This document shows, in pieces, positions 1 to 7,848 of a stretch of DNA of 55,435 nt. Positions within the stretch are counted from its first letter, which is position 1. Every line of letters starts with the position of its first letter. The stretch is from a bacterium (lineage in GTDB: Bacteria > Margulisbacteria > Marinamargulisbacteria > UBA817 > JAQBTH01): positions 1 to 55,435 of the forward strand of contig JAQBTH010000003.1 in assembly GCA_027623425.1 (NCBI GenBank), read 5' to 3'. The translations under genes were made by a program, and so were the position numbers. Below the pieces are notes generated by a model that made no database searches, had not been told where the DNA came from, and was given only the letters and a program-made list of their open reading frames with translations.

Positions 1-2118
1 ACGGGTTTTCTTAATGGTGGTTTCATCGGCTAAAAAGATGTCCGCTAACATGTGTACCAAGCCATTGTAGTTTTCTTCGATGGCATTTTGGTACTGCGTA
101 TAAACATTATTATTATGTTCTTCCCAGGCTTCAATAAACTGGTTAATAAACGTGTTCATTTCCTCAATTTTGCGTTGGCTTGCCTTATTGATGGCCTTTA
201 ATACTTTTCTTCCGTTCTTAATTTGTGGGCTAACTTCGGAATCTTGGGCTAACTCTGTGGCGATTTTATTCCAGGTATCGCTAGCGGTAAAAACGGCTCC
301 CATAAACGACATAATCATCTGGTGGGCGGCCATAATTTTCATGTAATCGCGATTGATTCTGGCATAATCATAAATAACAAAACCCGATTCGGTTTGCCCT
401 TTATATTTGTTCATCGCACTGGTGGTAATGTTTTCACGCATTTCTTGCATTTCAAGATCAAAACGATATACATGTTCAGAAAAACCAGACGCGCTATACC
501 AGTTTTTCACACTATCTTGCGTGGCGTACTGAGTTATATCAACATCCACACCGTCATCGGCAATCGCATCAATAATATCGCCTAATAGGGGAACGTCTCC
601 AATGTTTAGGATATTAGTAAATACCCAATCAATCATGTCATCAATAGCAGTTCTTGAATTTGCAGATTGGGGTGATGCTGCTGGCGGGGCGCCAATATCG
701 GTTGCTAATGCAGCACGATAATCGAGTACGTGCTGATAAAAGACTTCAAAGTCCCCCGATGCACCATTCTGTTCTTCCAGGGCGCCTTCTAAATGATCTA
801 GTATACTTTGTGCCAACGTGGCCGCGTCTTGTATGCCTCCGCTACCTTGCAAACTCGCCAATAAGCCTGTGCGTTGAGACTCAATAAATGCATCAAAGGC
901 TGCAGTGGCTGTCGTAAAGCCTATTAAATCTGTTTTTGAAACCTTTACTGAGGTAATCGACTGCGTTGATGAAAAATAGATCTCAAATCCATATTGATTT
1001 TGAATGTTACTAAATAATAGGTGGCTATTCGCAGTGGCATCTAAGCTAGTTAGAGCTCGCCGGTCTGTGGCATCTAACGCCCATACATTGCCTGACAGGT
1101 CTTGGTATTGCACAAGGGCATGGCCAGCTGTTGTGCCGTAGGCTGTCATTTGTCCTGCAACGACTGACACATTCGCAGCAGCCTCACTCATACCAACCGC
1201 CTCAAAAGCCGCAATTAATAAACTGGCTTGTGTGTTTGCTAAATCCTCACAATCTCCGCTCTTACTGGCTAACGTGTCTTCAACGCTTGCCCATTGCTCG
1301 CCTTCATCGGCAAGATACTCAAAATTATCCAACATATAATCGTGAACCATGGTCACAATTTGTTCTTCGGTTAACCCTGAAAGATCCGATCCAAATATAA
1401 GGCTTAGTTCCGCTTGTACCGCGGCACTGTCGGGTTGAATGTACGTACTTGCTTGTGTGTAATCGACGGTGGTGTTGTCGTGGTTGATAAGCGTGCATTC
1501 ACCGGTATCACAGCAATTTTCAGAATAGGCTGAATAGTTGCTTGGCTCGTGCTCCACACTATCGTACTGACCTGCGATCAAGGCGAGGTTTTCGTTGGCT
1601 GTTTTATAGACCAATGCGGCTTCGTATTGGTTGAACCATGTGCGACCTTCCACCACTTTCACATCCATTGCGGCAATGTCTTTGTCGCATTTTTGGGCGC
1701 AGGCTGTTAATAGCGAGCCTTCGTAATTCAGAATTGTGCTGACCGGCACCTGCTTCTCGAAAAATAGATCTTTGGAATATTTGCGAATGGCGGTGGCCAT
1801 GGATTTGGCATCCATGTCGGTAGTGATGCGATTTGTATTTACAAAATGAGCGGCCTGTTTTTGAACTAGTTCGTGATTTGGATTGAGTTCCAATCCAAAT
1901 TCGCGGGATAGTTCGGACCAAAACTCAGACGTGTAGTTGGGGTTTCCAAACTGGTCTTTACCGTAGTCGCGCACGAAGACTTCATCTCTGAATGACTCCG
2001 TTGATTCACGGGTGTTATCATACTCAATTGTGCTGATGTAACTGGGAGAAGAAACGTCAAAACCCACGCGGGATGGCGTGTTTGGATCGAACCCCCAATT
2101 AAATTCTTTCATCTGCAC
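1..2118 (-). CDS. Large protein (>=706 aa, runs off window start) with transglutaminase-like Cys-His-Asp domain
   Basis: Not in the ORF track because its stop lies outside the window. Manual translation from GTG 2118 (or ATG 2112; SD-like AGGGGG at 2128-2133) found no stop in the stretches read, down to base 1. Contains W-x3-DTL-x4-GDCEDLA (Cys codon 1249-1251), GHALV (His 1120-1122) and WALDAT (Asp 1072-1074). Confidence 0.85.
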   Translation of the reverse strand, partial: MQMKEFNWGFDPNTPSRVGFDVSSPSYISTIEYDNTRESTESFRDEVFVRDYGKDQFGNPNYTSEFWSELSREFGLELNPNHELVQKQAAHFVNTNRITTDMDAKSMATAIRKYSKDLFFEKQVPVSTILNYEGSLLTACAQKCDKDIAAMDVKVVEGRTWFNQYEAALVYKTANENLALIAGQYDSVEHEPSNYSAYSENCCDTGECTLINHDNTTVDYTQASTYIQPDSAAVQAELSLIFGSDLSGLTEEQIVTMVHDYMLDNFEYLADEGEQWASVEDTLASKSGDCEDLANTQASLLIAAFEAVGMSEAAANVSVVAGQMTAYGTTAGHALVQYQDLSGNVWALDATDRRALTSLDATANSHLLFSNIQNQYGFEIYFSSTQSITSVKVSKTDLIGFTTATAAFDAFIESQRTGLLASLQGSGGIQDAATLAQSILDHLEGALEEQNGASGDFEVFYQHVLDYRAALATDIGAPPAASPQSANSRTAIDDMIDWVFTNILNIGDVPLLGDIIDAIADDGVDVDITQYATQDSVKNWYSASGFSEHVYRFDLEMQEMRENITTSAMNKYKGQTESGFVIYDYARINRDYMKIMAAHQMIMSFMGAVFTASDTWNKIATELAQDSEVSPQIKNGRKVLKAINKASQRKIEEMNTFINQFIEAWEEHNNNVYTQYQNAIEENYNGLVHMLADIFLADETTIKKTR

Positions 2119-2140
2119 TATGGTGTGCCCCCTAACATAG

Positions 2141-2186
2141 GTTTGGTTTGTACCTAGTTTATCGATTAAAATTTACGAAAACTTGT
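2141..2186 (-). promoter_or_regulatory. Putative sigma28/FliA-like promoter (ACAAG-N15-ATCGATAA)
   Basis: Minus strand reads ACAAGTTTTCGTAAATTTTAATCGATAAA. The -10 resembles GCCGATAA, and the same 11-mer recurs at 7780-7790. Confidence 0.45.
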
Positions 2187-2252
2187 GTGGAAAATCATAC
2201 ATCCACGTATTTCGTCGAATTTACACGCTGTTTTTTCGCGTGCGAAAGTGGC

Positions 2253-2648
2253 TTAGATTTCGATACCCTTCATCAATTCGGCATCATCTATGGTTTTTCC
2301 AAAATTGGATTGTGATAATTTTTCGGGCATGCCTAACAAGAAATTCCCTGCTTTACCCACCACTTCTAAGCCCACTTCAAGCACGGCGGTTTGTTCTTCC
2401 ATTTCATAATGTGGGTATTGTTCGATCTCCTCGAGCAAGGTTTTCATATTTTTAAAATGATAGTCGTATTCATCGGCTATTTCTTTGTATAGTGCTGCAT
2501 CCGCAGATGTCACTTGAGCCGAGCGTAATTTTCTAACAAACTCAGTTAATTGAGCTAACATTTCTAAATATTTAAGCGTTAAGGCATGTAAATCAGCCTT
2601 GCTTTTTTCTCTTAATTTATCCGCTTCAAAACTATTTTCTGGAATCAT
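2253..2648 (-). CDS. Hypothetical acidic helical protein (131 aa), possibly an export chaperone
   Basis: Starts 2 nt after the rod/hook-like gene stop; amphipathic helical pattern. The function is a guess from size and context. Confidence 0.7.
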   Translation of the reverse strand: MIPENSFEADKLREKSKADLHALTLKYLEMLAQLTEFVRKLRSAQVTSADAALYKEIADEYDYHFKNMKTLLEEIEQYPHYEMEEQTAVLEVGLEVVGKAGNFLLGMPEKLSQSNFGKTIDDAELMKGIEI

Positions 2649-2650
2649 TA

Positions 2651-3535
2651 CTATGCTTTATCGATAGCAGAAAGGAATTTCGATAGCGTTGAAGAAATCA
2701 ACGTTAATGCAGACTGTACGGCGTTATAGCCTCTTTGGAGTTGAATACCTATGATGGTGGTTTCGGCTGGGTCAACGTTTGATGATTCTGCAAATCCACC
2801 ACGCACTTCCCCAAACCCCTCAGTGCCACTCACATCATACCGCATCACTTCACCCGATCCCGCATTAGTACGGTAGGTGTTGCCACTATGCGCGGTTAAT
2901 AAAGAGGGGTTTGGAATCTTGGCCAACGCCAATTGAAATAATACTTTACCTTCTGGGGCTTCGCCTTCACCAGAATCTTGAACATCTTTTCTAGCCGCAT
3001 AATTTGTGACTAAGGCGCCTGAATCTTCAAACCCTAGGTCTGTTACGTCCACTTCATCTGGGTCTACGGTAATGGCTGTTAAGGTGGATTTATCCACCGT
3101 TCCATCGTCTTTTACTTTATCCCCCATTACTTTTCGGCCGAATGAGTCAATTAATGTGCCATCGGCAGCAAAAATAAAATCACTGGCACGGGTGTATACA
3201 AAATCATTTAAGTTATCGGGTTTCAGTACAAATAGTCCACTACCTACTACCGCTGCATTTGTTGGTTCAGCAGGCCTTAAGCCACCTTGCGACCAATTGT
3301 AACCTAACGGAGAGAGTAACACACCTTGGGACACGCGCTGCGTGTTAAATGCGCCTCTATTTAAACCAGCCCCACCACCCATACGGTTAATTTGTTGGGT
3401 ATAGAGCGACACAAAGGTATATCGGGTTTGCTTGTAACCATCTGATTGAAAGGCCTGTACGTCGGCAGCTAATAATTTCATCGCTTCTGAATACGACTGA
3501 ATGGAACCTTCTATCATTTGTAACGTTTCAAACAT
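2651..3535 (-). CDS. Divergent flagellar rod/hook family protein (FlgG/FlgF/FlgE-like)
   Basis: Motifs GYK..R..F, WSQGGL, AAVVGSGLF, YTRASDF..DGTLI...G, and C-terminal G.AESSNVD.A......QRGY; strong SD AGGAGG. Confidence 0.85.
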   Translation of the reverse strand: MFETLQMIEGSIQSYSEAMKLLAADVQAFQSDGYKQTRYTFVSLYTQQINRMGGGAGLNRGAFNTQRVSQGVLLSPLGYNWSQGGLRPAEPTNAAVVGSGLFVLKPDNLNDFVYTRASDFIFAADGTLIDSFGRKVMGDKVKDDGTVDKSTLTAITVDPDEVDVTDLGFEDSGALVTNYAARKDVQDSGEGEAPEGKVLFQLALAKIPNPSLLTAHSGNTYRTNAGSGEVMRYDVSGTEGFGEVRGGFAESSNVDPAETTIIGIQLQRGYNAVQSALTLISSTLSKFLSAIDKA

Positions 3536-3566
3536 TGATTTCCTCCTGTGTCATTGTATCATAATC

Positions 3567-5360
3567 CTACGCGGCTTCTCGTATACTCGAGGTCTTAATT
3601 GGTTCGCCCTTATTATGTGCATCGATCAATTTGCTCTCACCCTTTATTCTGTCGTATGTTTCAGACAAGATTTTATGGTTTTGCGCATAATATGGACTAG
3701 GGTGCACTTCCATGGCAATTTCTAGCTGACTTATCTCTTCTCTGATAACAGCTGCCATTTCGATATTTTTACGATCTCTCACGCGATTCATTTGGTCTTT
3801 TTTGATCTTATAGCCCATTTTGCGCAATAATCGAATAATAGTCGCGCGGTCATTCTTTAATTTTGAAAATGCTGGCCCAGATAGTTTATGCAATGTTGCT
3901 TGCTCTAAATACCCGCCCTCTAAGCGATCCATTAACTGTATTTTAGCCAATAACTCGCCTTCTTTTCGCAGCTGCTCTTCTTTTTCATCTGTGTAAACAC
4001 CCAGTTTGATTAAGCCATTTTTCATGCGTTTCATTTTAAACGAAATGTCTATTTTTTCTTTGAAGTTGGTATTTAGCGATTTCAGCATGTATAAATTGCG
4101 CAACTTATCTTCTAATTGCTCGCCGCGATTAATATAGATTTTTTCTATTTCCTCTTGCCTATCTTTGCCTCTTGGGTCGCCCTCCCTAAAGTTCATATTG
4201 GATTGGCCAATTGGCGGAATAAATTCTGTTAGCCCCAAATCATCGATGGATTTATTTAATTTTTTCTGCAGGTCGGCTTCATCGATAATAACGCCTGCAG
4301 CGGCGGCGGCCTTCATGATCTTGGCGGTGCGTTCAGAGAATTCGTCTAAGGTTAATTGCCCTAACGATTGTTTGGTAAATTGATTCGTTGTTTCATCATA
4401 AAGTAAGGCCTCAAGTTCCTGGCGAAGCTCAATACCTAACCCTTCCATAATGCCGTTTAGGCCCCCTTTAACGGTTCCGTCTTTGGCCACTGCTGATAAG
4501 GCGTCTGCATTATTTTTGTGGTCAAACTTAGCCGATATCGCGCCTTCTGCATCGCCCTCACCTTGTGAAAAGAAGAATTTGATCAAACTGGATTTTAACT
4601 GCCCAACATATTGCTGCTTTACCATCTGTCCGACATTGGTTTCCATGCTTTGAATCTGTTTTAATGTCACCCCAGTTTTCTGAAGCTCCTTTTTGATCTT
4701 CTCCATCTTCTGTTTTTCATGGGGGTTTTGGGATACCACATACTTACCGAGTGCTTCGGTGTATTCTTTTAACCCCTTTTGTTGCCCTATCATTTGCTCT
4801 TTGTTGGTGTTCGCGCTCTGGCGCGCTGATTCTGCTTTTGTGTTTTTGGTATTACGCTTAGCCAATTCTAAAAGTGGGTTCCCGTCGTCTTCTTGAACTA
4901 GCCCTTCTTCTCCGGCGCCACCTTCAATAAATTCTGAGCGTTCTGTTTTACCCTTTGGCTTTGATTGCAATGCCGATTGAGACAACTGCACTTGGTCTTC
5001 TGGGTCATCGCCCTTTTTAAATTGATTTTCCAATTCCTGCACCAATTTGGCTTGTAATTCTTTGTTGCTTTTCTTTAATTCATTTTGACCATTTTGCTGT
5101 AGTGATTTCTGCATGATTTCATCTTTAGCGTCTTGGTGATCCGTACCCAACATTTGCTGAATTAAACTGTCGGATTTTTTGGTTTTACTTCCCTCTTTTG
5201 CGTCTTTACCCTTTTCCTTTTTGCCACGCAAATCAAGCTCTTCAACCATGGACTCGCCGGCAATCTCAGCTGCAAAAGTTGCATCCGGCTCAAACGAACG
5301 TTTGTTCTGATTCTGATTTGTATTTATATTCGTATTATTTAAATTTAGTCCGTTTGACAT
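3567..5360 (-). CDS. Hypothetical protein (597 aa), low-complexity charged N-terminus and helical/coiled-coil C-terminus
   Basis: Long ORF, SD AGGGG, operonic spacing; no recognisable motif. Confidence 0.8.
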   Translation of the reverse strand: MSNGLNLNNTNINTNQNQNKRSFEPDATFAAEIAGESMVEELDLRGKKEKGKDAKEGSKTKKSDSLIQQMLGTDHQDAKDEIMQKSLQQNGQNELKKSNKELQAKLVQELENQFKKGDDPEDQVQLSQSALQSKPKGKTERSEFIEGGAGEEGLVQEDDGNPLLELAKRNTKNTKAESARQSANTNKEQMIGQQKGLKEYTEALGKYVVSQNPHEKQKMEKIKKELQKTGVTLKQIQSMETNVGQMVKQQYVGQLKSSLIKFFFSQGEGDAEGAISAKFDHKNNADALSAVAKDGTVKGGLNGIMEGLGIELRQELEALLYDETTNQFTKQSLGQLTLDEFSERTAKIMKAAAAAGVIIDEADLQKKLNKSIDDLGLTEFIPPIGQSNMNFREGDPRGKDRQEEIEKIYINRGEQLEDKLRNLYMLKSLNTNFKEKIDISFKMKRMKNGLIKLGVYTDEKEEQLRKEGELLAKIQLMDRLEGGYLEQATLHKLSGPAFSKLKNDRATIIRLLRKMGYKIKKDQMNRVRDRKNIEMAAVIREEISQLEIAMEVHPSPYYAQNHKILSETYDRIKGESKLIDAHNKGEPIKTSSIREAA

Positions 5361-5372
5361 AACCTGCCCCCT

Positions 5373-5609
5373 TTATCGCTTTGCCGAAAGATTTGTTGAT
5401 ATATTCATTAATTCCATGCCTTTTTGAACGAGTTCCTTTTCCTGCTTTTTATTGATCTCTGCTTCACGTTGGCGCTGCAACTGTTTTACCCGAGATTGAA
5501 CCCTCTCAATATATATATCGAGTCTTGTGAGTTTTTCTTGCGTCTCTTTTCGATCTATGAGGCTATTTGTATCATCGCTGATAATGGTTACATTGTTACT
5601 TTTCATCAT
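5373..5609 (-). CDS. Small coiled-coil hypothetical protein
   Basis: ATGA overlap with the upstream stop; heptad-like charged sequence. Confidence 0.65.
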   Translation of the reverse strand: MMKSNNVTIISDDTNSLIDRKETQEKLTRLDIYIERVQSRVKQLQRQREAEINKKQEKELVQKGMELMNISTNLSAKR

Positions 5610-6403
5610 TGATAGTCCCTTATTAGTTCCAATGTTTGTTTCTCTAAGAGTAGTTCTTGCAGGATTTTTTTGACCTGATCTTCCTTAATTTCATTCACCT
5701 TTTCGCTGGTGTAATAATTAATACCTGTCAGTAGGTCCATTTGTTTCATTAATTGTGAACGCGTTTCTTTCAAAATCTTCTGACGGGCCTTATCTTTCTG
5801 TGACGAGGTAAATGCGGATATCAGCTCAAAGTTATACTCATTTTGCTCGAATAGCATTTCATTGTCCTCTATGGCGGCTTTGAGGGCCTTCTTCTGCATA
5901 ATTCGCAGCTCATCGGTGCTAACACCCATTAAACTTAATACAAATTGAATCATACCAAACTTAATTTCCGCATATTTTGCCATTAAAAAGTTATGGGATT
6001 TCGCCTCAATAAAGAATTTTTGATATTTGACTGACAAATCGGCCACTTTCGAGCCCATGTCGATCTTGTAACCTAAGAAATTTACGATACGGTCACGCGC
6101 GTGTTCCACCGGAGCCGCTTTACCTAAATTGCGCTTTTCCTGCGGCTTAATAAAATAATCACCCGTCTCATCTTTTCCCCATTTAAACTTGGGTTTTGCC
6201 CCAGGTGGCTGCTTGGCTCTATTGGTATTGACCAACACCGCTTCGTCCTTAGTATCAACCCCTTTTACAGTGGTTTCTTCGCGTTTTTGAGCGATTTCAG
6301 ACTGAAGCTTTTTATAGTATTGATTGTCCTTAATCTTATTAAATCGACTGTGTTGGTCGACCTGACTGGGATCATATTCGGCTATGCGATCTTCGCCGGC
6401 CAT
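5606..6403 (-). CDS. Hypothetical helical protein (265 aa)
   Basis: SD AGGGGG; coupled to neighbours; no recognisable motif. Confidence 0.8.
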   Translation of the reverse strand: MAGEDRIAEYDPSQVDQHSRFNKIKDNQYYKKLQSEIAQKREETTVKGVDTKDEAVLVNTNRAKQPPGAKPKFKWGKDETGDYFIKPQEKRNLGKAAPVEHARDRIVNFLGYKIDMGSKVADLSVKYQKFFIEAKSHNFLMAKYAEIKFGMIQFVLSLMGVSTDELRIMQKKALKAAIEDNEMLFEQNEYNFELISAFTSSQKDKARQKILKETRSQLMKQMDLLTGINYYTSEKVNEIKEDQVKKILQELLLEKQTLELIRDYQ

Positions 6404-6416
6404 ACCTTAACCCCCC

Positions 6417-6965
6417 TTACCCTTTTTTACGATTCGATGCTCGGCGTTCTGCCCGTGCTTTGGCTGCCATTTCTTCATGGTGCCTCATGTCATCGGCTTC
6501 AACTTCCTTGCGCTCTTTTTTAGTGGCTTCATTTCTCTGCTTTGTGGATTTATGTAAACTGCGATTTGACATCATTGCCATATTAAATTCCAAAAGTGCT
6601 GTACCATGCACAAGGTTACGCTCCGCAGTTGTCAGCACACCTGCTTCGCTTCTGTTATCGCCATCGCCTTCGATGCCAATTGAACCGGCGCCATCGCCAC
6701 CGCCACGTAATGCGTCAAAATCATCGCCACCGCCAATTGCACCAGCACTGTCATTATCGCCGATATTTGGTCGATTGGCTTGCGCACTATCTAAATCGAT
6801 CGATTCATCGGCAGCATCGATATCTTCAAGGTATTTTGAAAACCGTGCGGCAAATTGAGTTGGATCGCCTACCTTTTCAGCGGCGGCACGATCGAGACGT
6901 TCTTGAATGAACCGATCTAAGTATTCCGGGTCAGAGCCCATAAATCCTACTAGATTAATTGTCAT
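6417..6965 (-). CDS. Hypothetical protein (182 aa) with Gly/Asp-rich linker and charged C-terminal helix
   Basis: SD GGGTG; operonic spacing of 11-13 nt. Confidence 0.75.
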   Translation of the reverse strand: MTINLVGFMGSDPEYLDRFIQERLDRAAAEKVGDPTQFAARFSKYLEDIDAADESIDLDSAQANRPNIGDNDSAGAIGGGDDFDALRGGGDGAGSIGIEGDGDNRSEAGVLTTAERNLVHGTALLEFNMAMMSNRSLHKSTKQRNEATKKERKEVEADDMRHHEEMAAKARAERRASNRKKG

Positions 6966-6976
6966 AACGAATCACC

Positions 6977-7297
6977 CTAACCAGATAACATATTGTCGAG
7001 CTTTTGCTCAAAGTTACGAATAAATGTAAATACGTTGTTTACGAGCTCTAAGTTAGCTTGCTGAAAGTTCATATGAACTTGGAATACTGTCATGCCTGCT
7101 ACTGATTGCGTATCAACTTTGGTTCCATCGGAAAGAGTGACCTCTGATCCATCTTCAAGCTGCGATGCAAATGCATTTAAATCTTCATAAAACTGCCCCG
7201 TCGCCTCTCTAGTTAAGCCATAAATATCTAAATTAAATTGTTGGTCATTACGGCGTACGTTAATATGTGAAAAGAATGCTGTTGATGATGCTGTCAT
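6977..7297 (-). CDS. Small helical-hairpin protein, type III needle/inner-rod (SctF/SctI)-like
   Basis: SD AGGAGG. C-terminal amphipathic helix (MTVFQVHMNFQQANLELVNNVFTFIRNFEQKLDNMLSG) resembles needle/inner-rod C-termini. The CDS is secure; the function is tentative. Confidence 0.5.
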   Translation of the reverse strand: MTASSTAFFSHINVRRNDQQFNLDIYGLTREATGQFYEDLNAFASQLEDGSEVTLSDGTKVDTQSVAGMTVFQVHMNFQQANLELVNNVFTFIRNFEQKLDNMLSG

Positions 7298-7355
7298 AGT
7301 CTTTCCTCCTTTATCTTTTTAAATTTTTAATCATTTCGTGTTTTAGCTTGTTGTG

Positions 7356-7377
7356 TGGAGACCCATAAGGGCCTCCA
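7356..7377 (-). promoter_or_regulatory. Intergenic stem-loop after the 83-aa gene (mRNA stabiliser or weak attenuator)
   Basis: Minus strand TGGAGGCCC-TTAT-GGGTCTCCA: 9-bp stem with one G-U pair and no downstream U-tract. Confidence 0.6.
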
Positions 7378-7391
7378 TCACGATGTTAGTT

Positions 7392-7643
7392 CTACGAACC
7401 AGATACTTTACGACCTTGACCTTTAACGTGGTCAGATGCGTTTTTAGCAATACCTGCTGCATACTCTGTTAGTGATTGACCAACTTGTACCGCTGTGGTT
7501 GCTAGCGTCGCCGCTGAAATACTTAAAGATTGCGCGCTTGAAGATGAGTTGGCTGCGTTCTCTAGGTCGAACAAGGCATTCTCATATTTCTTTGCGTGTG
7601 CGTCTACTGCGTCTTTTAAATTCTGAAAACTTACACTAGTCAT
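7392..7643 (-). CDS. 83-aa Ala/Ser-rich protein, type III needle subunit (SctF)-like
   Basis: First gene of the operon, SD AAAGGGG. Size and helix-turn-helix pattern resemble the chlamydial needle protein CdsF as recalled from memory (not aligned computationally). Confidence 0.5.
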   Translation of the reverse strand: MTSVSFQNLKDAVDAHAKKYENALFDLENAANSSSSAQSLSISAATLATTAVQVGQSLTEYAAGIAKNASDHVKGQGRKVSGS

Positions 7644-7765
7644 AGTTAAAATCCCCTTTCAAGAATTGCGAGACTTATCTCGCGGATTTTGGTTTATTAC
7701 AGTTTTTTTTGATTTTGCCAATGCTAAACCAACGAGTGATTTGTTCCTGGCGCTCCCTCCTTTTT

Positions 7766-7807
7766 GTTTGTTTGACTTATTTATCGATTATACCTGGAAT
7801 TATGATG
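7766..7807 (-). promoter_or_regulatory. Putative promoter of the needle-like operon (sigma28-like -10 ATCGATAA overlapping TATAAT)
   Basis: Minus strand GGTATAATCGATAAATAAGTCAAACAAAC; shares its motif with 2141-2168; -35 is poor. Confidence 0.4.
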
Positions 7808-7848
7808 TATTGATATTTTATAATACGTTGCGCTATAGTAAATTTTAG

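Noticed and set aside
152-2060. Short ORFs on both strands in the ORF track
   Set aside because: They are shadows of the long minus-strand ORF 1-2118, which carries a clear catalytic motif.
2657-2665. Third TTTATCGAT match to the sigma28-like motif
   Set aside because: It lies in coding sequence (Ile-Asp-Lys), matches only 9 bp and lacks the shared downstream context.
3553-3561. Extended -10 (TGATACAAT) before the rod/hook-like gene
   Set aside because: No -35, and the predicted start would fall within the SD; too weak to call.
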